A DNA stretch of 63,576 nucleotides, the filler included, from Octopus bimaculoides (lineage: Eukaryota), in assembly GCF_001194135.2 (NCBI RefSeq). It is 5 parts of 5 records of this genome, joined end to end, with 100 filler letters (N's around TTAATTAATTAA, not from the genome) between each part and the next. Parts side by side here need not be neighbours in the genome. Positions count along the whole stretch, not along the records: positions 30,922 to 51,003 come from NC_069009.1; positions 51,104 to 57,720 come from NW_026374697.1; positions 57,821 to 61,395 come from NW_026423299.1; positions 61,496 to 63,576 come from NC_068983.1; 1 more part is not named here. One strand, written 5' to 3'. A program made the translations under genes and the position numbers. This document shows positions 50,757 to 63,506 of the stretch, piece by piece (position 1 is the stretch's first letter; every line of letters begins with the position of its first letter). A model generated the notes under the pieces. It searched no databases, was not told the origin of the DNA, and saw only the letters and a program-made list of their open reading frames with translations.

Positions 50757-51864
50757 GGGCAGCTTCTCTAGACCGTGGGTCAATACCTATGTTATTTAAT
50801 CTATCTCTCAAGTCTTAAGAAGAGAGAGAGAGAGAAAGTCTGAAGGTGAGATAGAAAATAATCTTTATAATCTGTTTGAATGAGATAGGATCGCTTTAAT
50901 GTACTCCCATTTATGAAAAAGACTCATCACAAAATTTCAAAAATAATATAATTTGGGATAAAGAAAGAAAAGATTAAATTTTAGCACACATTTTATTATA
51001 ACANNNNNNNNNNNNNNNNNNNNNNNNNNNNNNNNNNNNNNNNNNNNTTAATTAATTAANNNNNNNNNNNNNNNNNNNNNNNNNNNNNNNNNNNNNNNNN
51101 NNNGTTTATGAAATAAAGGTCTTTTAAACACGGCAGCAGCCCACTAACCCAGTGACCTTAAACATTGCAACAGTTAAAAGCCTACCTCCCTACTTCGTCT
51201 TGTCCTTCTGTGACTTACCACCGGAATCCCACTTTGACCCAGGCGCACCTTGTAACTCTTGAGTAAACTCATTCACGTCATTCATAACAAAAGCTTTACT
51301 TTTATATTGCTGTGAAATTGAGGCTGACAAGCCTTGCTTTCTATCAGTTATATATCTATACCAGCTTCCGTTTCTTATCTTTTGTTTCCGGTGTATGACC
51401 TGGTTTCTCTCTGGTACTTGCGTTTCCGGTTTTAACATCATCGCATGATGTTTATCGGCATTCGTGTACGTGATGGTTTCAAAATATCACCAAGGTTGAC
51501 TTTGCCGTTTATCCTTTCGGGCTCGACGAAATACAGTACCAGCTGAATACGTGGGACGATGTATTCGGCTAGCCTCATTCCTCCAAAATTTCAAGCTTTA
51601 CTCTTTTACTTGTTTCAGTCATTTGACTGTGGCCATGCTGGAGCACCGCTTTTAGTTGAGCAAATCGACCCCAGGACTTATTCTTTGTAAGCCTAGCATT
51701 TTGATGCTCTCGCCGCACCTAGGGTTAAATGCATCTCACCATGTCATCTTATCAGATTTCCGTGCACAGCAAAATCCACTGACCCACTTACGTGAATGCG
51801 CAAAAACTGACAAAACATCTACAAAACATTAAGGGCTCTATTTCATGATATTGTACTTTCAATC

Positions 51865-52602
51865 GGAGGCGCAATGGCCCAGTGGTTAGGACAGCGAACT
51901 CGCGGTCATATGATCNNNNNNNNNNNNNNNNNNNNNNNNNNNNNNNNNNNNNNNNNNNNNNNNNNNNNNNNNNNNNNNNNNNNNNNNNNNNNNNNNNNNN
52001 NNNNNNNNNNNNNNNNNNNNNNNNNNNNNNNNNNNNNNNNNNNNNNNNNNNNNNNNNNNNNNNNNNNNNNNNNNNNNNNNNNNNNNNNNNNNNNNNNNNN
52101 NNNNNNNNNNNNNNNNNNNNNNNNNNNNNNNNNNNNNNNNNNNNNNNNNNNNNNNNNNNNNNNNNNNNNNNNNNNNNNNNNNNNNNNNNNNNNNNNNNNN
52201 NNNNNNNNNNNNNNNNNNNNNNNNNNNNNNNNNNNNNNNNNNNNNNNNNNNNNNNNNNNNNNNNNNNNNNNNNNNNNNNNNNNNNNNNNNNNNNNNNNNN
52301 NNNNNNNNNNNNNNNNNNNNNNNNNNNNNNNNNNNNNNNNNNNNNNNNNNNNNNNNNNNNNNNNNNNNNNNNNNNNNNNNNNNNNNNNNNNNNNNNNNNN
52401 NNNNNNNNNNNNNNNNNNNNNNNNNNNNNNNNNNNNNNNNNNNNNNNNNNNNNNNNNNNNTAAACAATTAACCCCTTTCCCCGTTAGGGGTGCACGTGTC
52501 TGTGGAGTGTTCAGCCACTTGCACGTTAATTTCACGAGCAGGCTGTTCCGTTGATTGGATCAACTGGAACCCTCGACGTCGTAAGCGACGGAGTGCCAAC
52601 AA
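51865..52602 (+). mobile_element. tRNA-derived SINE family E (middle in gap)
   Basis: Head GGAGGCGCAATGGCCCAGTGGTTAGG and tail ..CGACGGAGTGCCAACAAC. Second 3' copy at 52695-52880; reverse head with B-box GGTTTCGATTC at 54040-54255. Confidence 0.8.
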
Positions 52603-53424
52603 CATATATATATACATACATACACACTTAAATAAACACATACACAGATAGAGTGATAGTTTTCTACTCTATCCCTGTTCTGTTTTATGTCATTGGAAGG
52701 GTCAGCTTTGTCACACACTGTGTCACGCTGAATATCCCCCCAGAACTACGTTAAGGGTACACGTCTCTGCGGAGTGGTCAGCCACTTGCACGTTAATTTC
52801 ACGAGCAGCAGGCTGTTTCCGTTGATCGGATCAACTGGAACCCCCGACGTCGTAAGCGACGGAGTGCCAACAGCAACAACATCAACAACAAAAACTCTCA
52901 ATCAAAACTCCAATGCTACTCTGATCCACTTCATAATCCAATTCATTTGTAAACTCATTTACGTCATTCATAACAAAGATTTTACTTTACATTGCTATTG
53001 TGAAGTAGAGGCAGGGAAGAGTTACTCCTCATCAAACGTATATCTAGAGCTACTTCCAGTTTTATCTCTTGCTTCCGGGACATGAACTTCTACCTGAATC
53101 CGTTGGCTGACTACAATTTCTCTCTAGTAGTTCCGCTTTCGGGATTTCCGTATCATCTCACGATGCTGAGCGGTATTTCATTCGTGTTTACGTTCAGGTT
53201 TCAAATGCGACCACGGTCAACTTTTATTGTTATGATTTCGAGGTCGATGAAATAAAGTATCAATTGTGTGCTAGGCCCGATGCAATCAAATAGCCCTCTT
53301 CCACAAAGTTTCTAACCTTACGCCGATTGTATATAACGGGTTATTATCGACCCCAGCCACGCACTGGGGGTCGATGTAATCGACTAATACCTTCCCCTCA
53401 AATTTCAGGTCTTATGCCTCAGTA

Positions 53425-53430
53425 GAAAGG

Positions 53431-53469
<39 letters not shown>

Positions 53470-53692
53470 GGGTGAGAGAGCAGTGCATGCCATCAGAGGT
53501 CCCCGAATAAGGGTTGTTTAAGGATGATGAGCAAAATACCCACGTTTCCAGAGGCGAAGCATTCAAACACACGGCCATGATGCTCCCCACTACTTCTGCT
53601 CCTGATTAGAGATGCACATATCGTCAGTCAACAAGGGACATGCTAAACTGATTAAGGTCAAGCAATTATAATTTATAATTATAATTATTTCA

Positions 53693-53742
<50 letters not shown>

Positions 53743-54040
53743 GAGCGAGAGAGCAGTGCATGCCATCAAAGTGACACTGGGGTACAAATATACGAAGCCC
53801 ATTATACCCATCATGACTACCCGTCTGATAAGGGTACACCAGACACGTGCATCAAAACCATATGTGCGTGACATGATGATCTCATATCAAGATTTACAGC
53901 GCATGATCTTGCAGGTGGGACCCAGTTAGCATTTTCTTCAAGTCGAGTAGCCCATCCTACTCATAAGGTCTCTGAATAAGGGTTGTTTGAAGATGTTCAA
54001 CGAAACACTCATGTTTCCAAAGGTGAATTATTCACTCCCT
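53425..54040 (-). mobile_element. two related (AAT)n-tailed repeats, the first internally deleted
   Basis: Both begin (TTA)n-GAGAGAGCAGTGCATGCCATCA and share AATAAGGGTTGTTT..GATG. Confidence 0.6.
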
Positions 54041-54647
54041 TTGAATTACAGGCACAACAGAAACAGGAAGTAAGAGTGAGAAAAAGTTGTGGTGAAAGAG
54101 TACAGCAGGGTTCGCCACCATCCCCTGCCGGAGCCTCGTGGAGCTTTTAGGTGTTTTCGCTCAATAAACACTCACAACGCCCGGTCTGGGAATCGAAACC
54201 GCGATCCTATGACCGCGAGTCCGCTGCCCTAACCACTGGGCCATTGCGCCTCCACGAAGCATTGGGTATGATTAAAAAAAAAAACACATGAACAAAAACG
54301 TAGAAGCTATACCTGGACCCGCAACTCTACACACGANNNNNNNNNNNNNNNNNNNNNNNNNNNNNNNNNNNNNNNNNNNNNNNNNNNNNNNNNNNNNNNN
54401 NNNNNNNNNNNNNNNNNNNNNNNNNNNNNNNNNNNNNNNNNNNNNNNNNNNNNNNNNNNNNNNNNNNNNNNNNNNNNNNNNNNNNNNNNNNNNNNNNNNN
54501 NNNNNNNNNNNNNNNNNNNNNNNNNNNNNNNNNNNNNNNNNNNNNNNNNNNNNNNNNNNNNNNNNNNNNNNNNNNNNNNNNNNNNNNNNNNNNNNNNNNN
54601 NNNNNNNNNNNNNNNNNNNNNNNNNNNNNNNNNNNNNNNNNNNNNNN

Positions 54648-54900
54648 CCGGTCGCGTAGATCGTATCTGTGTGTCGATTCCGGTCTGTCGGCTGTCGATC
54701 CCTTACTTCGGGCTCACTTTCCTGCAGCTGCAGCTGACAGTTTCTCTTCACCGATCCGTAGCTGTTTGAGAAGTGTGCTTTTCTACCCAGTGCGGTCCGC
54801 TGCTAGGTCCTCCCAGGAGTTGAGCGCCTTCATGTGCCTCCTGCACACGTCTTTGTACCTCAGCTGCGGGCAGCCCCTGTTCCTCTGCCCTGCTGCGAAA
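54648..54900 (-). pseudogene. RTE-clade LINE 3' fragment
   Basis: GQRNRGCPQLRYKDVCRRHMKAL.SWEDLAADRT...GEEKL. Confidence 0.85.
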
Positions 54901-54959
54901 ATAGTACAGTCCAAATAAAATAATCCACAAAACAAAAGACACTCAGTACAGTAAATCAG

Positions 54960-55063
54960 TAATTCTTACAAAGCTTACATCCGGGTACCAAATTTGCCTC
55001 AGTTGATGGTATTACTCAGGTAATCCTAACTTAACCCTGAGCAAAGCCGGGCTATAGTGCTAG
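54960..55063 (+). mobile_element. probable Helitron-type 3' terminus
   Basis: Decayed GC hairpin ACCCTGAGCAAAGCCGGG, 8 nt, then CTAG|T (55060-55064). Confidence 0.45.
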
Positions 55064-55659
55064 TACCCAATAAAATAAACAAGCACCACAGCATGTACCC
55101 TACAGAAGAATACAACTCGCATTACACACACAAAATACAAACGTTAATACAACAAAAGACAGCAACCAAACCTCCATAAGAAAACAAACGTTCGCACTTC
55201 CCCAACAACAAAAAAGACCACACATTAGTGAAGACAGCTCAGCAGCACGGTGGTGTTGCAAGTGATGCAGTAGAAATCTGCCTGAGACTATCAAGTATCA
55301 CTAAACATCGTACAATGATACGGAAACCGCAACACCGATTACTGGAGAAAAATAAGGTCAAGCGCTGGACTCAGCCGTGCCGTTGTTTAATGGAGTGGAA
55401 GTAAGTAAAAGATAAAATCGGAAAAGATATATATCAAGTGACGAGCAAAGATCCACTGCTTCTGTTTCGTAGGAGCCTGAAGTAACGCTTTTGTTATGAA
55501 TGACGTAAATGAAATTATAAATGTGTTACGAGGAGTGGCTAGGTCGAAGTGGCATCACAATGATGATTCAGAACAGGAAAATTTTAATTAGAGTACCTTC
55601 TTTACATTATTTATATTATTTACATCTGACGGATATTTGTCCTCATCTTGTTTGTTGTT

Positions 55660-55706
55660 AACACAACGTTTTCGGCTGATATACCCGCCAGCCTTCATCA
55701 GGTGTC
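55660..55706 (-). ncRNA. minimal type I hammerhead motif with canonical core
   Basis: Minus strand: GACAC-CTGATGA-A-GGCTG-gcgggtatat-CAGCC-GAAAAC-GTT-GTGTT. One extra A in the GAAA run. Confidence 0.65.
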
Positions 55707-55734
55707 TTGGGGAAATTTTGAACCTGGGTTCATG

Positions 55735-56290
55735 CTATCGCTTAACCGTCGTGCCTTGCCTCCGTTCTCGCCTCGCCAAGTTGGAGCACCTCCTCTTCAA
55801 ATTCTTGTGGAAGGGACATGTTCCATTGGTGAGGCTGTCCATTTGCTGCAAACACCCTCTACGCGGAAGGTTGGGCATGCCGTGACTAATGATGCACAGA
55901 CATGCTCTGTGGCTGCGACATCTCCAGATATTCTGCCGAAACGGTGAATAGGTATGGTTGCCTTTCCCCATCGCGTCTCTTTGACTGAGCTGCAGTCCTG
56001 GGTCAAGAAGAGACCGAGGCAGGGCGACTGGCATTTGGAATGTTGCCAAGCATTCACTGCCCTCTACTAGTCTGGCAATGCAATCAGCGGAACATCCATT
56101 CTTGAGTTCTGAAGAGGGTTAGTGGAGGAAAAGAGCGATGACGCACTTGGAGAGATGCTAGGCGTTGACGAAGTCAAACTGACCAGTCTGTTCAAGTGGG
56201 CTTTCGAGCCGGGGACGATGGATAACTTCCAGAAATTTCCTAGCTTGGCAATGCTACAGGGTGGCACTGCCGGTTCGAGATAAACTCTAC
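55735..56290 (+). pseudogene. L1/Tx1-clade LINE fragment (post-RT region)
   Basis: RLAKLEHLLFKFLWKGHVPLVRLSICCKHPLRGRLGMP..HRHALWLRHL. Confidence 0.75.
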
Positions 56291-57023
56291 AGGCACGGAA
56301 GTGTTATCAGACGGACCTGCCCGAGATGCGCGCAGAGCGACGAAACCGTTCTGCACGCGAATGTATGACAGGCAAAGTAGACCTCGGCGGAATTTGAACT
56401 CGGAACGTAAAGACAGACGAAATTCCGCCTGGCGTGCTAACGTGTTTGACAGCTCGCCTGGCAAAAACGTTAGCATTTCGCCTGGNNNNNNNNNNNNNNN
56501 NNNNNNNNNNNNNNNNNNNNNNNNNNNNNNNNNNNNNNNNNNNNNNNNNNNNNNNNNNNNNNNNNNNNNNNNNNNNNNNNNNNNNNNNNNNNNNNNNNNN
56601 NNNNNNNNNNNNNNNNNNNNNNNNNNNNNNNNNNNNNNNNNNNNNNNNNNNNNNNNNNNNNNNNNNNNNNNNNNNNNNNNNNNNNNNNNNNNNNNNNNNN
56701 NNNNNNNNNNNNNNNNNNNNNNNNNNNNNNNNNNNNNNNNNNNNNNNNNNNNNNNNNNNNNNNNNNNNNNNNNNNNNNNNNNNNNNNNNNNNNNNNNNNN
56801 NNNNNNNNNNNNNNNNNNNNNNNNNNNNNNNNNNNNNNNNNNNNNNNNNNNNNNNNNNNNNNNNNNNNNNNNNNNNNNNNNNNNNNNNNNNNNNNNNNNN
56901 NNNNNNNNNNNNNNNNNNNNNNNNNNNNNNNNNNNNNNNNNNNNNNNNNNNNNNNNNNNNNNNNNNNNNNNNNNNNNNNNNNNNNNNNNNNNNNNNNNNN
57001 NNNNNNNNNNNNNNNNNNNNNNN

Positions 57024-57351
57024 NAAAATACAAAGACCTGGAAATAGAGGTAACTCGAATGTGGAATCTAAAAACAGAAACAATTCCTATCATAGTGGGT
57101 GCCTTAGGTATAATAAAAAAATATTCAGACAAATACATAACAAAAACACCAGGACTTACAAATATATATAACATACAGAAAATTGCACTTCTGGGCACTG
57201 CACACATCCTACGCAAAACACTTTCAATACAGTAACCATAAGAGCACCACAGCAAACCACAGCACATACCCAAGGCACACAGAGCTGCGCTCGGTAGTGA
57301 AGTGAAAGCACGTTATAAAAATAAAACTACTGAACAATAATAATAATAATA
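57024..57351 (+). mobile_element. R4/Dong-like LINE 3' end with (AAT)n tail
   Basis: KYKDLEIEVTRMWNLKTETIPIIVGALG...QKIALLGTAHILRKTL*, 3' UTR, then AATAATAATAAT. Confidence 0.88.
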
Positions 57352-57679
57352 ATCCTCTTTACTATAGGAAGAAGACATGAAATTTTGGAGGAGGGGGGAA
57401 CAATAAATTACATTATTCCACGTGTTGAGGTGGTACTTCAATTCATCGTCCTAGAAAGGTTAAAAAGCCAATGAAGAAATTAACGCCTTCGTTATGAATG
57501 ACGCAATGAGTTTGGAAACGGATTGAGATTAAGAAGAACATTGTCGGTGAGAGCGAAACGCCAGAGATGATTCAGAAAGCAGACGTAGGAATTTGGGTAT
57601 CAAGACATCTGAGAAGTTAAGTCAGTGGATCAGTGGTTTGTTGCTGCGATAGTACATTTTTTGAACACACACACACTCG

Positions 57680-57712
<33 letters not shown>

Positions 57713-58625
57713 CAGTATATNNNNNNNNNNNNNNNNNNNNNNNNNNNNNNNNNNNNNNNNNNNNTTAATTAATTAANNNNNNNNNNNNNNNNNNNNNNNN
57801 NNNNNNNNNNNNNNNNNNNNGAGAATTCCTCGCTGTTAATAATATCGTCAAAAGACTTGTGGATTATTAAAAGATATTTCGAAGGTCATCAACAAGAAGT
57901 AAAATAAAATAAAAAGCAACAAAAAAAAAATTGCAAAATTACAAAAAGGCAAAAAAAAAAAAATTTAAATTAAACGTCAAAACTTCGTTGAAATTTGAAG
58001 AAAGGAGACAAAAGAATTATATTGAAGTCAATCAGAAAGAAGACTTCTTTGGAAGAAATTTGAAAGTTTCCAGCATCAGACAAAATACAAGGCAAACACA
58101 AAACAGCAAAGTGTCAAATTCTTTCAATGGCGGGAAAATCGTTCACATATTTCCCATACGAAATAATGTCTCGTGTTGTTGTACCATTGAGTACATGCAC
58201 TAAGGGTCAATGGGGGATGGCGGACGGGAACGTTTTTAGTACCTTAGGAGTGAATTGTAAATGTATAAGGGTACAAGGAACAGGGGTGGTATATGGGTTG
58301 AAAAAAAACTGAATCTTTGATTTTAGCAATTCAGGCTTTAGCTATACAATCACACTAAGAAACATGTAATTATAGTTAACTTCTTAATTATATATCTAAC
58401 TCCTCATCTATCTATCTATATATATATATATATGACTTCTTCTTTGTGATATAATACTTGGGAAAGAATATATTTGCGGCTAAAGATAGCTTTATACCAT
58501 CCTGTCTATCAATTATATATCAATGTAATGATGCAACGACTATAAAGCTTGAAACACGTGTACCGCGGAATCCTTTGTGTTCTGTTTTTATTTTTACGTT
58601 TTTAATTCATATATATATACATATT

Positions 58626-58817
58626 ATGATTGACCGTTGACTGAACACTATTCAATTTTTTTTCTCCGTGTTTTTCTCCTTGTCTCCGTATTCTTTCTGT
58701 TGAAGAGCGTAGCTCGAAACGTCAAAGACTTTCCGTATTCCCGAGCGTCATACTAATATATACTTTTGTTATTTACACCACCTGTCCTCGTCTGTTGTTA
58801 TTTTTTGTATATTCTCC
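58626..58817 (+). mobile_element. short non-coding hammerhead-bearing element, subfamily 1
   Basis: Starts ATGATTGACCG after (TA)n. Homologous to 60969-61160. Confidence 0.7.
58692..58728 (+). ncRNA. minimal type I hammerhead motif, A6U core variant
   Basis: TCTTT-CTGTTGA-A-GAGC-GTA-GCTC-GAAAC-GTC-AAAGA. Confidence 0.75.
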
Positions 58818-59337
58818 NNNNNNNNNNNNNNNNNNNNNNNNNNNNNNNNNNNNNNNNNNNNNNNNNNNNNNNNNNNNNNNNNNNNNNNNNNNNNNNNNNN
58901 NNNNNNNNNNNNNNNNNNNNNNNNNNNNNNNNNNNNNNNNNNNNNNNNNNNNNNNNNNNNNNNNNNNNNNNNNNNNNNNNNNNNNNNNNNNNNNNNNNNN
59001 NNNNNNNNNNNNNNNNNNNNNNNNNNNNNNNNNNNNNNNNNNNNNNNNNNNNNNNNNNNNNNNNNNNNNNNNNNNNNNNNNNNNNNNNNNNNNNNNNNNN
59101 NNNNNNNNNNNNNNNNNNNNNNNNNNNNNNNNNNNNNNNNNNNNNNNNNNNNNNNNNNNNNNNNNNNNNNNNNNNNNNNNNNNNNNNNNNNNNNNNNNNN
59201 NNNNNNNNNNNNNNNNNNNNNNNNNNNNNNNNNNNNNNNNNNNNNNNNNNNNNNNNNNNNNNNTCTCTCTCACACACACACACACACACACGCATATAGA
59301 CAAACAGACAGACAGACAGACAGATAGCTAGCTAGAT

Positions 59338-59378
<41 letters not shown>

Positions 59379-59473
59379 AATTCAGGTAGGCAAGCAGGCA
59401 GATATAGATAGACAGACAGATAGACAGATAGACAGATAGATAGACAGACAGACAGATAGATAGACAGACAGAC

Positions 59474-59504
<31 letters not shown>

Positions 59505-59537
59505 TAGATCGATAGATACATAGATAGACAGATACAC

Positions 59538-59601
<64 letters not shown>

Positions 59602-59667
59602 GTAGATATGAATGTGGTAATGCAAACAGGAAAAATAGAACTCAAAATACGAGCATGTATATATATT

Positions 59668-59828
59668 TTTATTAATATTTAGCAGAAGCAACAGAGTTAC
59701 TCGAAGTCCGAGAGTTTCGTGTGTTGGCATTTATCAAGTGTGACTTCGTTCGTGTCTTTGCTAGAGTGCCAACGCACGTAACTCTCGCACCTTGAGTCAC
59801 TCTGTTGCGTCTGCTAAATATTAATAAA
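59668..59828. mobile_element. hairpin MITE-like element
   Basis: About 70-bp imperfect inverted arms between TA-rich flanks. Confidence 0.65.
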
Positions 59829-59883
59829 TATGTATATATGTGTGTGTGTGTGGAGGGGGTGTATGCATGTTTGTATAGTATAC

Positions 59884-59941
<58 letters not shown>

Positions 59942-60043
59942 GCATACACATATACGTACGTATATACATATTTATAAATCTACAAACTTACACACATACA
60001 CATACACGCACACGCACANNNNNNNNNNNNNNNNNNNNNNNNN

Positions 60044-60097
<54 letters not shown>

Positions 60098-60869
60098 TGA
60101 CAACGTGATAGATTTTATGAAAGTGGTTATGAATAAAATACGTAGATTAAAATGCAATGTGATGGAGGCGTGGATTATATAAAAGTAGGAGTGTTTTCAA
60201 CTACAAAAATGAAATCGCTGGAGAGTACAAAAGTGGGCGGATCATACATGGAAGTAGGCGGATCATATATTTTAGTGTTTCAAGATACATATATAATAGA
60301 AAAACATGCAGAAGTAGGAGTAAACAGATTTACAGAAGTGGGCGGGGTATATGAAGCTGTTGTTTCGTATCAGGTACACCCATGATAAAAGCCGTTCTAA
60401 CCGTGACCATTCCATGCATTTTTTTTTCTCCAGGCATATTGCAGTTACAGATTATATTAGTCAATGCTTGATATGAATAAGTTTTGGCTGCTACTACATG
60501 GGGGGGGGCGGAGCAATCTCGCTGATTGATGTGTTTGTGAACTGAGAGATGTATGTGTATGTGTGTATACCTGTTGATGTTGTTGTTTAGTCCGAGATCT
60601 CTGCTGTGTTTGCGCGTGTGTGTGTGTGTTCAATTATAATAAAAATTTTACATTAACTCTTATAGAGTAAAAATGTAAGTATATATACGTCAATAAAGTG
60701 ACAAAGGGCACTAATGAGAACCAGCATTGCTAGAAATAAGAGTCAAAGCAACTCAATAGCCACAGAAGCACTATCTTAATGACTGATGAGGGAGGCGTGA
60801 CGTATACATTTTTGCCTTTAGGTTGTAAAACTGCGAATTAGCTACCCATATTATTTTATATGTATGTAT

Positions 60870-61160
<291 letters not shown>

Positions 61161-61495
61161 ATATATATATTGGTTCGACTACATCCGTGCAACGTCTATA
61201 TTCCTCACCATACCAGTCATCTCGTATGTCCCTGCCGTGGGGCTTCACTTCCACACACGCCAGCTTAATTTAATTCGTCCTTAGTCGAAAGACACCTGTT
61301 GTTATGTCTTGTTATTTGTATTTGTATTCGTGTACCATTTCTCCCTTTTTTTTCCGTCCTTGTTTTCGTATACATTCGCTGCTTTCTTCCAAGGANNNNN
61401 NNNNNNNNNNNNNNNNNNNNNNNNNNNNNNNNNNNNNNNTTAATTAATTAANNNNNNNNNNNNNNNNNNNNNNNNNNNNNNNNNNNNNNNNNNNN

Positions 61496-61738
61496 GTGAA
61501 GTATATTTGCCACCTAAATGTGGCTAACCACTAAGGGAGGATGCTACTGTAGCTTGTAGCTCCAGGAGGACACCTACTCCAGCTGGCTATTGACACACTT
61601 TCTGTGCCCTATCAGTATTTGAGAGGGCACAGAAAATGTGTCAATAGCCAGCTGGAAGAGGTGTCCTCCTGGGGCTACAAGCTACAGTAACATCCACTCT
61701 TAGTGGTTAACCACATTTAAGTGGTAAATATACTTCAC
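61496..61738. repeat. fold-back palindrome, 119-bp arms, 5-nt loop
   Basis: Manual alignment gives 11 mismatches in 119 bp. Confidence 0.92.
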
Positions 61739-61777
61739 GCTGTCGTGCAGCTACTGTTTATACCTCGTCCAGAGATT

Positions 61778-61812
<35 letters not shown>

Positions 61813-62131
61813 CATACATGCATACATACATATATATATATTTATATATACATATATACATTCTTTTATTCTTTTACTTGTTTCAGTCATTTTGCGGCCA
61901 TGCTGGCGCACGGCCTTGATATATATGTAATTTAATTTTTTAATGTTGAAGATGCTTTAGTTCAGTAATATATCTTTCTAGAGAATTGGTGGGTGGGTTG
62001 TGTTATTTGTTCTAGTTCTTTAGTCATATTTTTTCTAAGCCTGGAAAAGGTAAGTAGCGGGTGCAATATAGAATTTTGCTCACCCACAAAATTTTAGTGG
62101 GTGCTAGTGCACCCTCTGTTCCAGGGTCCTT

Positions 62132-62249
<118 letters not shown>

Positions 62250-62983
62250 ATATATGTATGTATGTATATGTAATAAATCTCTGAGCTTGAAATAATACAT
62301 ACATGTATATACATGTATATATTTGTTTATATATGTGTGTGTATGTATGTGCGTTTGTATGTAGATATATATCTGTGCATGTATGTTTGTGTATGTGTAT
62401 GTTTATATATGCAATTATTTTAACTTAATAAGGAGCGATATTTCAGTGATGCTACTCACAAAACATCTTAGAAAGCTCGACAACCAAATAAGGCTGCTAA
62501 ACTACTTAATTTTTACTGAAAGATCTTTCTTTAGAGAACAAACTTGTTTACAGAACAATGTTCTCTCTGTATGATTCACTTAAAAATCTGAAATGGAAGT
62601 ATCTTCCTCTTAGCTCACATACACAATTTGAATGAATATACGCAATATACGTCTGTAAAAGTTTACACCAGTAAATGTGGATAATTCTATGGATGTGTGA
62701 CATTAGAGTAAGAATACGCATATAAACGTATATCTATAAAAAGCATATTTAGAAGTGTGTGTCTGTCTCTGTGTGTGAGTATGTGTGTGTGCACATGTGT
62801 ATGTGTGGGCCTGCCTGTGCAGTCTCGCATATGAAAATCTTTGTAATAAAGGTTGTCTTAATATCTTTATAAATATTCTGTGCATTATAAAGTTTTGAAT
62901 TTGAATGAATTTATACACAGATCCATCAGTTCACACACCAGCGCAAACACATTCGTTTAACACACACATACTTAGGCACACAT

Positions 62984-63030
<47 letters not shown>

Positions 63031-63214
63031 CACACACACACACACACATACGTCTCACAAATCCATATTTTGTGTGTGTGTACGTGCGTCACAAAAACCA
63101 CATCTACAGGATTATATACATGCGCAACATATTTACATACGCATATTGCATATATTCATTAAAGCTGTGTAAGCAACCTAAGGTGAATATATGTATATAT
63201 ATATATGTGTGTGT

Positions 63215-63256
<42 letters not shown>

Positions 63257-63291
63257 ATAAATACATACACACACACACACACACACACACA

Positions 63292-63506
63292 CGAAGGGGT
63301 GTTGAAAAGTTTTTGGCTTTAAGGGTATCGCGAAAGGCCTGGTGGAAGACCAACCTCTAGAGCTCTTTTACAGGGCTTAGCAAAACTGAAGGACCGCTGT
63401 CTTGAGTGTCTGAATCTGAGAGGGGAATATGTTTAATAAAATGATAATTAACTGATCCTCTTGTATTTTCTTTTACCCAAAGCCAGGAACTTTTCAGTAC
63501 CTCTCG
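63292..63506 (+). mobile_element. mariner-derived MITE, copy 2
   Basis: TIRs and interior homologous to 3577-3796. Confidence 0.8.

Noticed and set aside
54160-54255. tRNA-like sequence with A and B boxes (also 51865, 28467, 41020)
   Set aside because: These are heads of multi-copy SINEs; no cloverleaf or proper acceptor stem.
58525-58570. GAAACACGTGTA palindromic helix III-like motif
   Set aside because: No CTGANGA box or stems upstream.
62015-62055. Strong donor AAG|GTAAGT at 62049 with nearby acceptors; also a GTAAGT on the minus strand near 23233
   Set aside because: Implied exons are only 10-34 nt, with no recognisable peptide and weak acceptor support.
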